Of a stretch of 64,000 nucleotides of DNA, positions 30,764 through 40,735 are shown one piece after another. Positions within the stretch are counted from its first letter, which is position 1. Every line of letters begins with the position of its first letter. Both the position numbers and the translations under genes were made by a program. The DNA lies in the NCBI GenBank assembly GCA_033763315.1, contig JANRKS010000009.1:320001-384000 (forward strand), given 5' to 3'. The stretch comes from Deltaproteobacteria bacterium. GTDB lineage: Bacteria; Myxococcota_A; Polyangia; Fen-1088. The notes below the pieces were generated by a model, which was not told the DNA's origin, ran no database searches, and saw only the letters and a list, made by a program, of their open reading frames with translations.

Positions 30764-33088
30764 TTACGGGCGCGTCCAATTCGGAAACGGCAAACCTTGT
30801 TCGCGGTTGTACCCGCGCACGTAAGACACGATCGTGTTTTGTTCATCCACCAAGATGAACGTGGGGGTGGCGCTAATCCCGTACGTCACGAAGGTTGTGC
30901 GCCCTAGATCGCTGGCCACGTTATCCGGGAAGGGTTGTTTGCGCTTGGCGAAGAACGCGTCGAGCGTGCTGCGATCTTCATCCGTCACCGCCAGGATTGG
31001 GATCTTGCGGGCCGTGGAGAACTGCATTAGCTCGGGCACGGCCGCTTTGCACGGCCCACACCACGTGGCCCAGTAAAACAGCACATAGGGCCCCTGCGCC
31101 AGCTTGGCGGGCGCTTGGCCGCGGTAACTTTCGAGCGGAATCAATGATTGCGCGTGTTCGCCTTCTTTGGGCCGCGTGGGCAGCTTCGGCAATTCGGAAG
31201 GGTAGGGCGATAGCGTGATGTTCACGACGCGGCTTTTGCCATCGCGCACGATGACCAGCGGCAACGGCTGCAAGGTCGGGGAGAGCATTGTCCAACTGCG
31301 CACCTGGTTGTTGTCGGCGAACGGCGCGCCCGGCGGTCCCAGCACCACGTCGGAGGCGCGCAGCCCGGCTTTTGCCGCGGGCGAATTGGGGAACACGCGG
31401 CGGATCAAAGAAGCGCCCGAAGGCAGTTTCAAACGCGCGGCCAACTTATCGGCGGGTGGTTGAAACTCAATGCCCAACCATGCGGGAAAAACGGCCTGGG
31501 CTTGTGTGAGGTCGTCTTCGTATGAAGGCAACGTTGGCGCGGCCTTCTCGCCACCGCCTTCGTCGGCGCGCAGCCCCAGCCCGAACTGCTCACACTGCGT
31601 AAGCAGCGCCAAAGCCTTCTTCTGCGCCTCTGTGCCAGCCGTCTCCACCAACACGCGGCCCGCGATGTTGGCCAACACCATGCGCATGCGCAGCATCGCC
31701 GCCAAGCGGACCTCCATGCGGTAAGAAACTTCGTTCACTGTGTCCAATCGGTTGGCCACCAGCATCAGCCGTTTGTGGCGTTCGGCCTGTTGTTCAGTGA
31801 AGGGCACAAGCTCGGCCAGGAGCGCCGACGCCAAAGCGCGGCGTTCGCTTTGTGGCAGCACGTTGATCGCGCGCGGTTGCAAGCGTGCGTTCCACAGCGG
31901 CTTGCTCTTGAGGAAGTCGTGCAGGTTGCCGTTCGTGATGTCGGAAAGTGCGTCGTCCCAAAGTTTGCCATGCCGCTCAAGTTGCTCTTGCGCCTCTTGC
32001 AGCTGTTGCTCGGGCCCAGCCAGTTCCTTTTGGCTGCGCGGCGAGAACAACCCGTAAGAGCGCCCAATCGCATCTAGCAAGCGGATGTCCGGCTCGAAGC
32101 GCGCTTTGTCTCTCCACGCCTTCTGCAGCCACGCATCGATGCCGTCGTCGAAATCAGCGTTCGTTTTTTTTGCGTGGCTTTCCAGCAGATCCAACAAGAA
32201 CACGTCGCTTGTGCGCAAAGGCACGTCGGGCGAATCGTCGTTCACCAAGGTGTCTGTGTGTGCTTTTGCAAAATTGCGGCCTGCTTGCAGCGATTCGAAG
32301 AACCGAAAGGCGTGGCCCACGGCGTCTTGCCCGACGTTCTCGGGGAAACAACCGTAGGCAGGGCGATCCGCGGTGGATGAAAAATACCCGCACACGTTGC
32401 CGCCCGGCAGGCCTTGTTTGCCATGCGTTTGATAAAGGTTGGCAAAGCCGCCCGAAAAGCATTGCGACATCAAAGTCACCACACGCACGCGCGGGTCGAA
32501 CCCCTCCAGCAACACCCGCAATTGCCGCGCGGATATGCCTGCACGCGCGCCCCACAGAGTGATCTGGCTTTGCCACGGATCTTTGGTGTCGTTGTTGCCG
32601 TGGTCCGTGACAAACACCAACAGCGTGTCGCCTGGGGGAATCTTTCTGCGGGCCTTTTGAAACCACTGTGTGAGTTGCCCTTGCGTGGCTGGCTGCAAGG
32701 TGATGCCGGGCAACGTTGAATTGATAAGATCCAACGAAGGCGCCAGTAGCTCTTGCAGTTGGGTTCGATCCAACAGCCACAAGCCCTCCTCGGCCGTGGC
32801 GTCTAACACCGCCAGATCGGGCGCGGGGTCCGCACCATCGCCAGCCAGAACGCTGATGTGATCACGGGGCACATTCGCCTTATCCACCAACGCAAGAAAC
32901 TGTTTGAGGTGCGATAGGTGTGAGCGGAAGTTTTGGTTGGGAGTTCCTCCCCCGCTGACCATCAATACGTGCACGTGCTTCGGATCCACGCCGGCGGGGA
33001 GAGGGGGCGCGGCTTCTACGGGCCGATCGGCGTGGAGGTGGGCCAGAACAACCAGGACAGCAAGACAGGACGGAAGGCGTGAAGACAT
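30764..33088 (-). CDS. Exported clan-CD (C13/caspase-like) peptidase fused to PDZ and TlpA-like thioredoxin domains
   Basis: Signal peptide; FVTDHG and MSQCFSGG dyad; PDZ WLGI..VFPNSPAAKAGLRASDVV; FYWATWCGPC and TPTFILVD. Confidence 0.8.
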   Translation of the reverse strand: MSSRLPSCLAVLVVLAHLHADRPVEAAPPLPAGVDPKHVHVLMVSGGGTPNQNFRSHLSHLKQFLALVDKANVPRDHISVLAGDGADPAPDLAVLDATAEEGLWLLDRTQLQELLAPSLDLINSTLPGITLQPATQGQLTQWFQKARRKIPPGDTLLVFVTDHGNNDTKDPWQSQITLWGARAGISARQLRVLLEGFDPRVRVVTLMSQCFSGGFANLYQTHGKQGLPGGNVCGYFSSTADRPAYGCFPENVGQDAVGHAFRFFESLQAGRNFAKAHTDTLVNDDSPDVPLRTSDVFLLDLLESHAKKTNADFDDGIDAWLQKAWRDKARFEPDIRLLDAIGRSYGLFSPRSQKELAGPEQQLQEAQEQLERHGKLWDDALSDITNGNLHDFLKSKPLWNARLQPRAINVLPQSERRALASALLAELVPFTEQQAERHKRLMLVANRLDTVNEVSYRMEVRLAAMLRMRMVLANIAGRVLVETAGTEAQKKALALLTQCEQFGLGLRADEGGGEKAAPTLPSYEDDLTQAQAVFPAWLGIEFQPPADKLAARLKLPSGASLIRRVFPNSPAAKAGLRASDVVLGPPGAPFADNNQVRSWTMLSPTLQPLPLVIVRDGKSRVVNITLSPYPSELPKLPTRPKEGEHAQSLIPLESYRGQAPAKLAQGPYVLFYWATWCGPCKAAVPELMQFSTARKIPILAVTDEDRSTLDAFFAKRKQPFPDNVASDLGRTTFVTYGISATPTFILVDEQNTIVSYVRGYNREQGLPFPNWTRP

Positions 33089-33261
33089 GGCAGGGTTTGC
33101 GGCAGCGCGGCTCCGCTACGAAAGTCGAGCCCTGTACGGTAGCATCAGCGCGGCGCTTGCCCGAGAAAACCCGCTGGTGGAGCTAGGGTGCCTGAACATG
33201 AATCGTTGACGCTGTGTGTCAGCATGGACGACACCCTTCCGTTCGTGCTACGAGCGTCGCC

Positions 33262-34356
33262 ATGGCACTTTCAGTTGGCATTGTTGGCTTGCCCAACGTT
33301 GGCAAGAGCACCGTCTTTAACGCTTTGACCTCAGGGAAGGCGGCGGCCGCCAACTATCCGTTCTGCACGATCGATCCCAACGTGGGCGTGGTGCCCGTGC
33401 CGGACCCGCGCTTGGCGCGCATCACAAAATACATTCCGCCACAGAAGGTGATTCCCACGATTGTTGAGATCGTAGACATCGCCGGCCTCGTGAAGGGCGC
33501 GTCTCAAGGTGAAGGCTTGGGCAACAAGTTCCTGGCCAACATTCGTGAGACCAGCGCGATCTTGATGATGGTCCGTTGCTTCGAAGACGAGAATGTTGTG
33601 CACGTCTCGGGCAGCGTGGATCCCATTCGCGACATCGAAATCATCGAGCTTGAGTTGGCGTTGGCGGACGTGACGTCGGCCGAGAAGCGCATGAAGAAGG
33701 CGCAGTCGGGCGCGAAGACGGGCAACAAGGAAGCCATCGTTGAAGCGGCCGTGGCGGAGAAGCTGTTTGCCCACCTATCCGATGGCAAAGCCGCCCGCAC
33801 GCTCAAGCTCACCGAAGACGAAACGAAGATCGTTGATACGTTCGGTTTGCTCACCACGAAGCCCGTGCTTTATTGCTGCAACGTCGGTGAAAACGATCTG
33901 CCGAAGGGCAACGCGTGGAGCGACCAAGTGCGCGCGCGCGCCGCGGCCGAGGGCGCTGGCGTGGTTGTTTTGTGTGGCAAGATCGAATCTGAACTCGCCG
34001 AGGTGGAAGAAGCCGAGCGCGCGGAACTGTTGTCTGCTTATGGCTTGGAAGAGCCGGCTTTGGCCACGCTGGCGCGCGAGTGTTACCGCTTGCTGGGCCT
34101 GCAGTCGTACTTCACCGCGGGCGAGAAAGAGGTGCGCGCGTGGACCATCAAGAAGGGCGCCACCGCACCGCAGGCCGCCGGCGTGATTCACACCGATTTT
34201 GAAAAGGGCTTCATTCGCGCGCAGGTGTATACCTTGGAAGATCTCGAGCAATACAAGAGCGAGGCCGCCATCAAACAAGCAGGCCGCATGCGCATGGAAG
34301 GCAAAGAATACGTCGTGGTCGACGGCGACATCATGCACTTCTTGTTCAACGTTTAA
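33262..34356 (+). CDS. ychF: Ribosome-binding ATPase YchF
   Basis: [36 protein letters not shown] domain ending HFLFNV. Confidence 0.97.
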   Translation: MALSVGIVGLPNVGKSTVFNALTSGKAAAANYPFCTIDPNVGVVPVPDPRLARITKYIPPQKVIPTIVEIVDIAGLVKGASQGEGLGNKFLANIRETSAILMMVRCFEDENVVHVSGSVDPIRDIEIIELELALADVTSAEKRMKKAQSGAKTGNKEAIVEAAVAEKLFAHLSDGKAARTLKLTEDETKIVDTFGLLTTKPVLYCCNVGENDLPKGNAWSDQVRARAAAEGAGVVVLCGKIESELAEVEEAERAELLSAYGLEEPALATLARECYRLLGLQSYFTAGEKEVRAWTIKKGATAPQAAGVIHTDFEKGFIRAQVYTLEDLEQYKSEAAIKQAGRMRMEGKEYVVVDGDIMHFLFNV

Positions 34357-34380
34357 CGCCCGCCACACGGCAGCGGAAGC

Positions 34381-34411
34381 GAAGGAACCGGCCACGAGGC
34401 CGGTTTTCTTT
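34381..34411 (+). terminator. Intrinsic terminator after ychF
   Basis: AACCGGCC-ACGA-GGCCGGTT followed by TTCTTT. Confidence 0.75.
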
Positions 34412-34525
34412 GGTCACGTATGTTTCGGTCAGGTTTCGCATAAGTTTCCTGAGTGCTAACTTTGTGGCCGTTGATTGTTTCGGGTTTGAATCCAAAGTGT
34501 GGGATCTGCACTATGCGGCGCCACA

Positions 34526-35983
34526 ATGAACCGCCGTTGCTTACCCGTATTTTTGGTTGCCGCCGTTTTGGCGTTGGGCTCGTCCCTGGCGTGGGCCCAG
34601 TCCCCGGAGCGCACGGTCGTTGCGGCGGAGTTGGCGGCCTCGCAGGCGCAAGTGGCCGCGCTGAACGCTCGTTTGGACGACGTGGAAGCTTACCTGAAGA
34701 ACACGCCACCCAAGGCGTTGTCGGGCGTGCCTGGACCTGGTCACAACGGCTGGATGATGATGTCGGCGGCGCTTGTGTTGTTCATGAGCTTGCCGGGCCT
34801 GGCCCTGTTTTATGGTGGCCTCGTGCGACGCAAGAATGTGCTGTCGGTGCTGGCGCAGTGTTTGGCCTGCGCCGGCGGCGTGATCGTGCTTTGGTGGGCC
34901 TTTGGCTACAGCTTCGCTTTCAGCAGCGGCTCACCGTGGCTGGGTGACTTGAAGTTCGCTTGGCTAAGCGGTGTCACCGCCGCACCCAACGCCGATTATT
35001 CACCATGGGTTTCCCACAGCGTGTTTGCGATGTACCAGCTGATGTTCGCGATCATCACGCCTGCCTTGATTGTGGGCGCGATCGCGGAGCGCATGAAGTT
35101 CTCAGCCATCATGGCGTTTCTGTTTGGCTGGATGTTGTTGGTCTACTTCCCATTCGCGCACATGTTTTGGGGCGTGGATGGTTTCATGAATGGGGTGTGG
35201 AACGCCAAGGCTGGCATCAAGGGGATCGACTTTGCGGGCGGCATTGTGGTGCACATGACATCTGGGTGGTCGGCCTTGGCGCTGTGCTTGATCGTGGGCA
35301 AACGCACGGGCTTTGGCCGCGTGGCGATGATGCCGCACAGCCTCGTGTTAACGATGGTGGGCACAGGCATGCTGTGGTTTGGTTGGTATGGCTTCAATGC
35401 AGGCAGTGCTGTGGCGGCCGACGGCGTCGCCGCCAACGCCTTCATGACCACCACACTTTCTGCGGGCGTGGCCACGGTGGTATGGACCGCGGTTGAATGG
35501 CTTCACCGAGGCAAACCCACCGTGCTCGGTATGTGCTCGGGTGCCATCGGCGGCTTGGCGGTGATCACACCAGGCGCGGGCTTTGTGAGCGCGAGCAGCG
35601 CCGTCATCATCGGCGTGGTGGCCGCGCTGGTGCCCTATTTCGCCGTTATGAAGTTGAAAGGCGTTTTGGGATACGACGATGCGTTGGATACATTCGGCAT
35701 CCACGGCGTGGGTGGCACGATCGGTTCGCTGTTGGCGGCTGTGTTTGCCACAAGTGAGGTGAACCCCAACCTCGCCACCAACTTAGGTGCGCTTATCAAC
35801 CATGGCTTGTGGGTGGAGCAGGTCAAGGCGATGGCGATCACCGCCGTGTGGTCGGTGTTGGCTACCGTGGTGCTGGCCTATGCCATCAAGGCCTTGATTG
35901 GGCTGCGGCCCGACGAAGACACCGAAGAGCAGGGCCTCGATCAGTTCGACCACGGTGAGGTTGGGTACCACGCCGAGGCATAA
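34526..35983 (+). CDS. amtB: Ammonium transporter with signal peptide and short N-terminal coiled extension
   Basis: PGLALFYGGLVR, QLMFAIIT, DFAGGIVVH, WFGWYGFNAGS, DDALDTFGIHG. Confidence 0.96.
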   Translation: MNRRCLPVFLVAAVLALGSSLAWAQSPERTVVAAELAASQAQVAALNARLDDVEAYLKNTPPKALSGVPGPGHNGWMMMSAALVLFMSLPGLALFYGGLVRRKNVLSVLAQCLACAGGVIVLWWAFGYSFAFSSGSPWLGDLKFAWLSGVTAAPNADYSPWVSHSVFAMYQLMFAIITPALIVGAIAERMKFSAIMAFLFGWMLLVYFPFAHMFWGVDGFMNGVWNAKAGIKGIDFAGGIVVHMTSGWSALALCLIVGKRTGFGRVAMMPHSLVLTMVGTGMLWFGWYGFNAGSAVAADGVAANAFMTTTLSAGVATVVWTAVEWLHRGKPTVLGMCSGAIGGLAVITPGAGFVSASSAVIIGVVAALVPYFAVMKLKGVLGYDDALDTFGIHGVGGTIGSLLAAVFATSEVNPNLATNLGALINHGLWVEQVKAMAITAVWSVLATVVLAYAIKALIGLRPDEDTEEQGLDQFDHGEVGYHAEA

Positions 35984-35992
35984 CCTGGGTGC

Positions 35993-37444
35993 TCACTTAA
36001 GCAGCGCTTGCACCACGTGAGCTTCTTCGACGCCCGTGAGCTTCTGATCCAAGCCTTGATACGGGAAGGTGAGACGCTTGTGGTCGATGCCACACAGTTT
36101 CAGCATGGTGGCGTGCAGATCGCGCACGGCCACGCGCTTGTCGGGCAAGGTGTCGTAACCGAGCTCGTCGGTCTCACCGTGCGTAACGCCGCCTTTGATG
36201 CCGCCGCCTGCCAACCACAGTGAAAACGCTTTGATGTGATGATCGCGGCCATCGCCTTGGGCCATGGGCGTGCGACCGAACTCGCCGCCCCAAATCACCA
36301 ACGTGTCGTCTAACATGCCTCGCTGCTTCAGATCGTTGATCAACGCGGCGCTCGCTTGATCGGTTTGTTTGGCGGCCGTTGGCATGTCGCGCGTGAGGTT
36401 GCTGTGGTGATCCCACGCGCGGTGGTAAAGCTGAATGAAGCGCACGCCTCGTTCCGCCAGCCGCCGTGCCATCAGGCAATTCGAAGCAAAGCTGCCATCG
36501 CCCGGCCGCGTGATGCCGTAACTTTGCAGCACGTGCTTGGGCTCGTTGGCAAAGTTGGTGAGTTCAGGCACGGACGTTTGCATGCGCGCCGCCATCTCGT
36601 ACTGGCTTACGCGAGTGGCAATCTCGGGATCCAGTCGCGTTTGGTGTGACAGCCGGTCAAGGTTACGCACCGTTTCGATCACGCGCGCTTGATCATCCTC
36701 GGTGACGCCCGCGGGGCTGCCGGCAAAGTGCACGGCATCGCCCTTCGATTGAAATTGGATGCCTTGAAAGCGGCTGGGCAAAAAGCCCGATGACCATTGG
36801 CGTGACGAGATCGGTTGATCGCCCTGGCGACCCAAGCTGACCATAACGACGAAGCCGGGCAGATCGTCGGCTTCGGAACCCAAGCCATACAGCATCCACG
36901 AGCCCATGCTGGGGCGACCCTTGAGGATCGAGCCTGCATTCATGAAGGCGTGCGCAGGATCGTGGTTGATCTGTTCGGTGTACATCGAGCGGACGATGGC
37001 GATGTCGTCGGCAATGCCGCCAATGTGTGGGAAAAGTTCCGAGATCTCTTGGCCTGATTGCCCCCAGCGCTTGAAGTTCACGAACGAGCCCATCGCGCGC
37101 AATGTTGTGTTCTGCAATTGCGCCAGCTGTTGGCCTTTGGTCAACGACGCAGGAAAGGGCTGGCCGTGCAGCTTCTTGAGCGCCGGCTTCCAATCGAAGC
37201 TTTCAAATTGCGAAGGGGCGCCCGCCATACACAGATGGATCACACGTTTGGCGCGCACAGGAAAATGCGGCTGCGATACCACGCCTTTCCACGCCCCCGA
37301 GGCGCTGCCAGCCATCGCGCGACCCAACCCCAAGCTATAGGCGGCGGTGGCACCCAGACCGTACCCGGCGTTGCGCAAGAACGTTCGCCGCTGCAAAGCC
37401 GATAAGTACGCGCCGACGTTGTTCTCCCCTGTTTGCTTTGCCAT
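35993..37444 (-). CDS. DUF1501 family Tat-exported protein
   Basis: RRTFL Tat motif; AKRVIHLCMAGAPSQ, RPSMGSW, ARRLAERGVRF, WDHH, GEFGRTP. Confidence 0.88.
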   Translation of the reverse strand: MAKQTGENNVGAYLSALQRRTFLRNAGYGLGATAAYSLGLGRAMAGSASGAWKGVVSQPHFPVRAKRVIHLCMAGAPSQFESFDWKPALKKLHGQPFPASLTKGQQLAQLQNTTLRAMGSFVNFKRWGQSGQEISELFPHIGGIADDIAIVRSMYTEQINHDPAHAFMNAGSILKGRPSMGSWMLYGLGSEADDLPGFVVMVSLGRQGDQPISSRQWSSGFLPSRFQGIQFQSKGDAVHFAGSPAGVTEDDQARVIETVRNLDRLSHQTRLDPEIATRVSQYEMAARMQTSVPELTNFANEPKHVLQSYGITRPGDGSFASNCLMARRLAERGVRFIQLYHRAWDHHSNLTRDMPTAAKQTDQASAALINDLKQRGMLDDTLVIWGGEFGRTPMAQGDGRDHHIKAFSLWLAGGGIKGGVTHGETDELGYDTLPDKRVAVRDLHATMLKLCGIDHKRLTFPYQGLDQKLTGVEEAHVVQALLK

Positions 37445-40400
37445 TAGATCCTCGTCACCGTTTCATAGACGTTCAAAAGCACGCGACACACCGAGCTCCA
37501 CGCAGCGGTGGTGGCCGTTGTGGCCCCCAGCGGCAAGACAGGACCGGCGGCTTTCGCAGCGTCTTGTGCGTGTGCCTCATAATGAGCCTGTTGGGCGCGT
37601 AGGTGTGCCAGCAACGCCTGCGCTTGATCGCCCGAGGGCGGGTGCCCCGTGGCCAGCTCGAACCCAAGCTTGATGCGCTGGCTATCGTCGGACACGTGTG
37701 CGCGCAACAGGCGCACTGCCAAGCTCTGCGCGGCCTGCACGAACGTGGGATCGTTGAGCAGCGTGAGGGCTTGTTGTGGCGTGTTGGAAAGGGGGCGATC
37801 GGCCGTACATTCCTCACGCGAGGGTGCATCGAAATTTGCCAGCATCGGGTGCAAGAAAGTGCGTTGCCAATGCATGTAGAGGCCGCGCCGAAACTGCTGT
37901 TCATCGGTCTCGGTGATGTACTTGCGCTGAGGGAATTCGATGTTGTCGTAATAACCTTCGGGTTGATACGGAAAGACGCTGGGGCCCCCGCGTTGCTCGT
38001 TTAACAAACCGGCGATGAACAAGGCATTGTCGCGCACGAACTCCGCGTCCAAACGACGTTGCGATTGCCGCGCCAGCAAGCGGTTAAGCGGATCCACGGC
38101 CATCAATTCGGGGCGCGCGGTGGAATCTTGTTGATAGGTGTTCGACATCACCAGCAGCTTCACCATGTGCTTTACGTCCCACCCTGATTCGATGAACTCA
38201 ACGGCGAGCCAGTCGAGCAGTTCGGGGTGCGAAGGTGGTTCGCCCTGGCCACCCAAGTCATCGAGCACCGCTGACAGACCCGTGCCGAAGAACTGCTTCC
38301 ATAAGCGATTCATGAAAGCGCGCGCTGTGAGCGGGTTTTCCCGCGAGGTGAGCCACCGTGCCAAATCCAATCGGGTGGGGCGGCGCCCATGCGCGGTGGC
38401 TGTGGGGGGCAGGCCAGGGAGAAAATGCAAAACCGCCGGCGTGACGATGGGCCCTGATTCATCTTGCCAGTTGCCACGGGGAAGAATGCGTGTGACCCGC
38501 GGCTTCTGAGGCACCGTGACCACAAGCGGCGCTTTGCCGTCTTTGACCGAAAGCCACTGGCGCCGCTGTTGGTGAAGTTGCGTCAGCAGCTCGGGCGCCG
38601 CTGCGGCGGCCGCACCCGAGAAGGCGAACACTTCCTGCAAGGCTTGGGTGTTTGTGGTGTTGGCCACGAAGCGCGCGGTGGCTGATGGCAGGCGGTTGGG
38701 ATCGGGTAGACCATCATCGTTGCCAAACGGGGGCGGCGCGTGCCGTGCCCCTGTGCTGGCCAGCGGCGACATTGACAAGGTGAAAGCACCCACCGATTCC
38801 GAGCCGACGCGAATCACAAGTTTGTCCGTCGGCTGCAGCTCTTGGGGTTGCGCCAGTTGCCACACGGCACTTACGCGGTCGCGTGCGTAGCCTGGAGGCG
38901 TGCGCCATTCCTCTTTGTTATCGGGAAGCTGGTGCCCGTTGCGGAACACGGGCGCCGCCACATTGGCCTGGGCCGCGTCGAAGGCAAGCTTGATTTCGCT
39001 GTCGCCGCGAACAATCTTTGCTGAGAAGTAAACGCGAGCCTGGGTTCGATCGCTACGAAGGTGGCTGCCGTTGTGTTCGGAATGTGGGATCAAATCAAGG
39101 CGCAAGCTCGCGAGCGGGCCCTGCAGGTTGGTGATCGTCGCGCTGACGCCGGGCACGTCCCAGGCGTCCAGCTTCTTTGTGTTGTGAAGGACGACGATTT
39201 GGTTTTCGACTCTGGCTTCCAGCTTCCCTTCTGCCGCAACCGTGGGTGACAGCGGAAGCCAACCGTCGGGGTGCTGCTTAATGAAGGTGCGCGTGTTTGC
39301 AAGCCACGCATTGAACGCCGACCTCTTCGCCTCCATCGTCTGTCGCACCAACTGCTTTTGCGTGTCTGCCAACCTTTGTTGCAGCACCTTGGCGCGTTCG
39401 ACGAGAAAGGCGTTGCGCACCATGATCTCGGGCGCGAAAGGATCTTCGTTGCCAACGCCTTTGAGATCAGGGTTGGGCGTATAAGGATAATCGGCATAAA
39501 CGCCCCATTCGCGGATGTCGGAGAAGAACGCGCCCATGGAATAAAAATCTTGCGCGTTGATCGGATCGTATTTGTGGTCGTGGCACTGGGCACACCCAAT
39601 CGTTGATCCCAACCACGCGGTGCCAATGGCCCGCACGCGATCGGCCATGTACTTTGCGAGGTATTCGCCGGGTTGGGCGCCGCCTTCGCGGGTCACCATG
39701 TTCAAGCGGTTAAACGCCGACGCCACCCGTTGCTTTTCGGTGGGGCGCGGCAGCAAATCGCCCGCCACCTGTTCAAGCGTGAATTGATCAAACCGCTTGT
39801 TCGTGTTGAACGCGTTGACCACGTAATCGCGGTACGGAAACACGTTTTGGTTTTGATCACCGTGGTAGCCAACCGTATCGGCGAAGCGAACAACGTCGAG
39901 CCAGGGCACCGCCATGCGTTCACCGTAGTGGGGCGAGCGCAGCAAGCGATCGATTTGGCGCTCGACCGCGTTGGGCGTCTTATCCGCCTCGAAGGCGCGG
40001 AGTTGCTCAGGCGTCGGAGGTAAGCCAGTGAGATCAAGTGACAGCCGGCGTAGCAGGGTGCGGCGATCGGCGGCAGGCGAGGGCGCGAGTTTGGCTTTCG
40101 CCAAGCGGTCTTGGATGAAGGCGTCGATCGCTGACTTGGCTTTCGCCGGTACGCGGGGGCGAGTGAGCGGCACGTAAGCCCAATGCGGCTCATATTCCGC
40201 TCCTGCCTCGATCCATCGCCGCAGCAGTGTGATTTCCTCGGGCTTGAGCGCCTTGTGCACATCGGGGGGCGGCATCACGTCGTCCACATCGGTGGCGTTG
40301 ATGCGCTTCCACAACTCGCTCGCTTCTGGCTTACCGGGAACGATGGCCTCGTCTTTAAGGGCGGCGTCGCGCACGTCTAAGCGCAAGCCAGCTTTGCGCT

Positions 40401-40563
40401 TGGCGCTGTCGGGGCCGTGGCAGAAGAAGCACTTATCCGAGAGGATAGGCCGTATGTCGCGGTTGAAGCGGGGCACATCGTCCGGGGGCGCTCCCATCGC
40501 AACGCAAGGAGCGAACAACACGGCGGCCCAAAGAAGTCCCAAAGCGAGCGTTTGCCGGCACAT
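37444..40563 (-). CDS. Planctomycete cytochrome c / DUF1549 / DUF1553 protein
   Basis: RDIRPILSDKCFFCHG, RRLSLDLTGLPP, CAQCHDHKYDP, PSHPELLDWLA, NTPQQAL; TAATG overlap with DUF1501; ATG 40563 gives a signal peptide (ORF track opens at 40665). Confidence 0.9.
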   Translation of the reverse strand: MCRQTLALGLLWAAVLFAPCVAMGAPPDDVPRFNRDIRPILSDKCFFCHGPDSAKRKAGLRLDVRDAALKDEAIVPGKPEASELWKRINATDVDDVMPPPDVHKALKPEEITLLRRWIEAGAEYEPHWAYVPLTRPRVPAKAKSAIDAFIQDRLAKAKLAPSPAADRRTLLRRLSLDLTGLPPTPEQLRAFEADKTPNAVERQIDRLLRSPHYGERMAVPWLDVVRFADTVGYHGDQNQNVFPYRDYVVNAFNTNKRFDQFTLEQVAGDLLPRPTEKQRVASAFNRLNMVTREGGAQPGEYLAKYMADRVRAIGTAWLGSTIGCAQCHDHKYDPINAQDFYSMGAFFSDIREWGVYADYPYTPNPDLKGVGNEDPFAPEIMVRNAFLVERAKVLQQRLADTQKQLVRQTMEAKRSAFNAWLANTRTFIKQHPDGWLPLSPTVAAEGKLEARVENQIVVLHNTKKLDAWDVPGVSATITNLQGPLASLRLDLIPHSEHNGSHLRSDRTQARVYFSAKIVRGDSEIKLAFDAAQANVAAPVFRNGHQLPDNKEEWRTPPGYARDRVSAVWQLAQPQELQPTDKLVIRVGSESVGAFTLSMSPLASTGARHAPPPFGNDDGLPDPNRLPSATARFVANTTNTQALQEVFAFSGAAAAAAPELLTQLHQQRRQWLSVKDGKAPLVVTVPQKPRVTRILPRGNWQDESGPIVTPAVLHFLPGLPPTATAHGRRPTRLDLARWLTSRENPLTARAFMNRLWKQFFGTGLSAVLDDLGGQGEPPSHPELLDWLAVEFIESGWDVKHMVKLLVMSNTYQQDSTARPELMAVDPLNRLLARQSQRRLDAEFVRDNALFIAGLLNEQRGGPSVFPYQPEGYYDNIEFPQRKYITETDEQQFRRGLYMHWQRTFLHPMLANFDAPSREECTADRPLSNTPQQALTLLNDPTFVQAAQSLAVRLLRAHVSDDSQRIKLGFELATGHPPSGDQAQALLAHLRAQQAHYEAHAQDAAKAAGPVLPLGATTATTAAWSSVCRVLLNVYETVTRI

Positions 40564-40735
40564 AGCTAGGGCAATGTTGGTCTGAATGCGGTTGCATGCA
40601 ACCCGGCAGATGCCGGCCGCGTCGTTTGGCGTGACTTTTGACCTAGGCCTTGTGGTCACGGTCACCTCGAGTATGTCTTAAGTGTCTTATGGCACGACGC
40701 GATCGGTCAGTTCACCGTCATGATACGGTGGGGAA

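Noticed and set aside
22175-33088. Reading the caspase-like genes as an anti-phage or cell-death system
   Set aside because: Both have signal peptides, and no gasdermin, NLR, TIR or CRISPR partner is visible; envelope signalling fits better
34465-34525. Sigma54 (TGGCCG..TTG) and NtrC (TGCAC) sites before amtB
   Set aside because: Wrong -24/-12 spacing and only one NtrC half-site
40690-40705. TGGCACG before DUF2330 as a sigma54 promoter
   Set aside because: Perfect -24 element but no TTGC at -12
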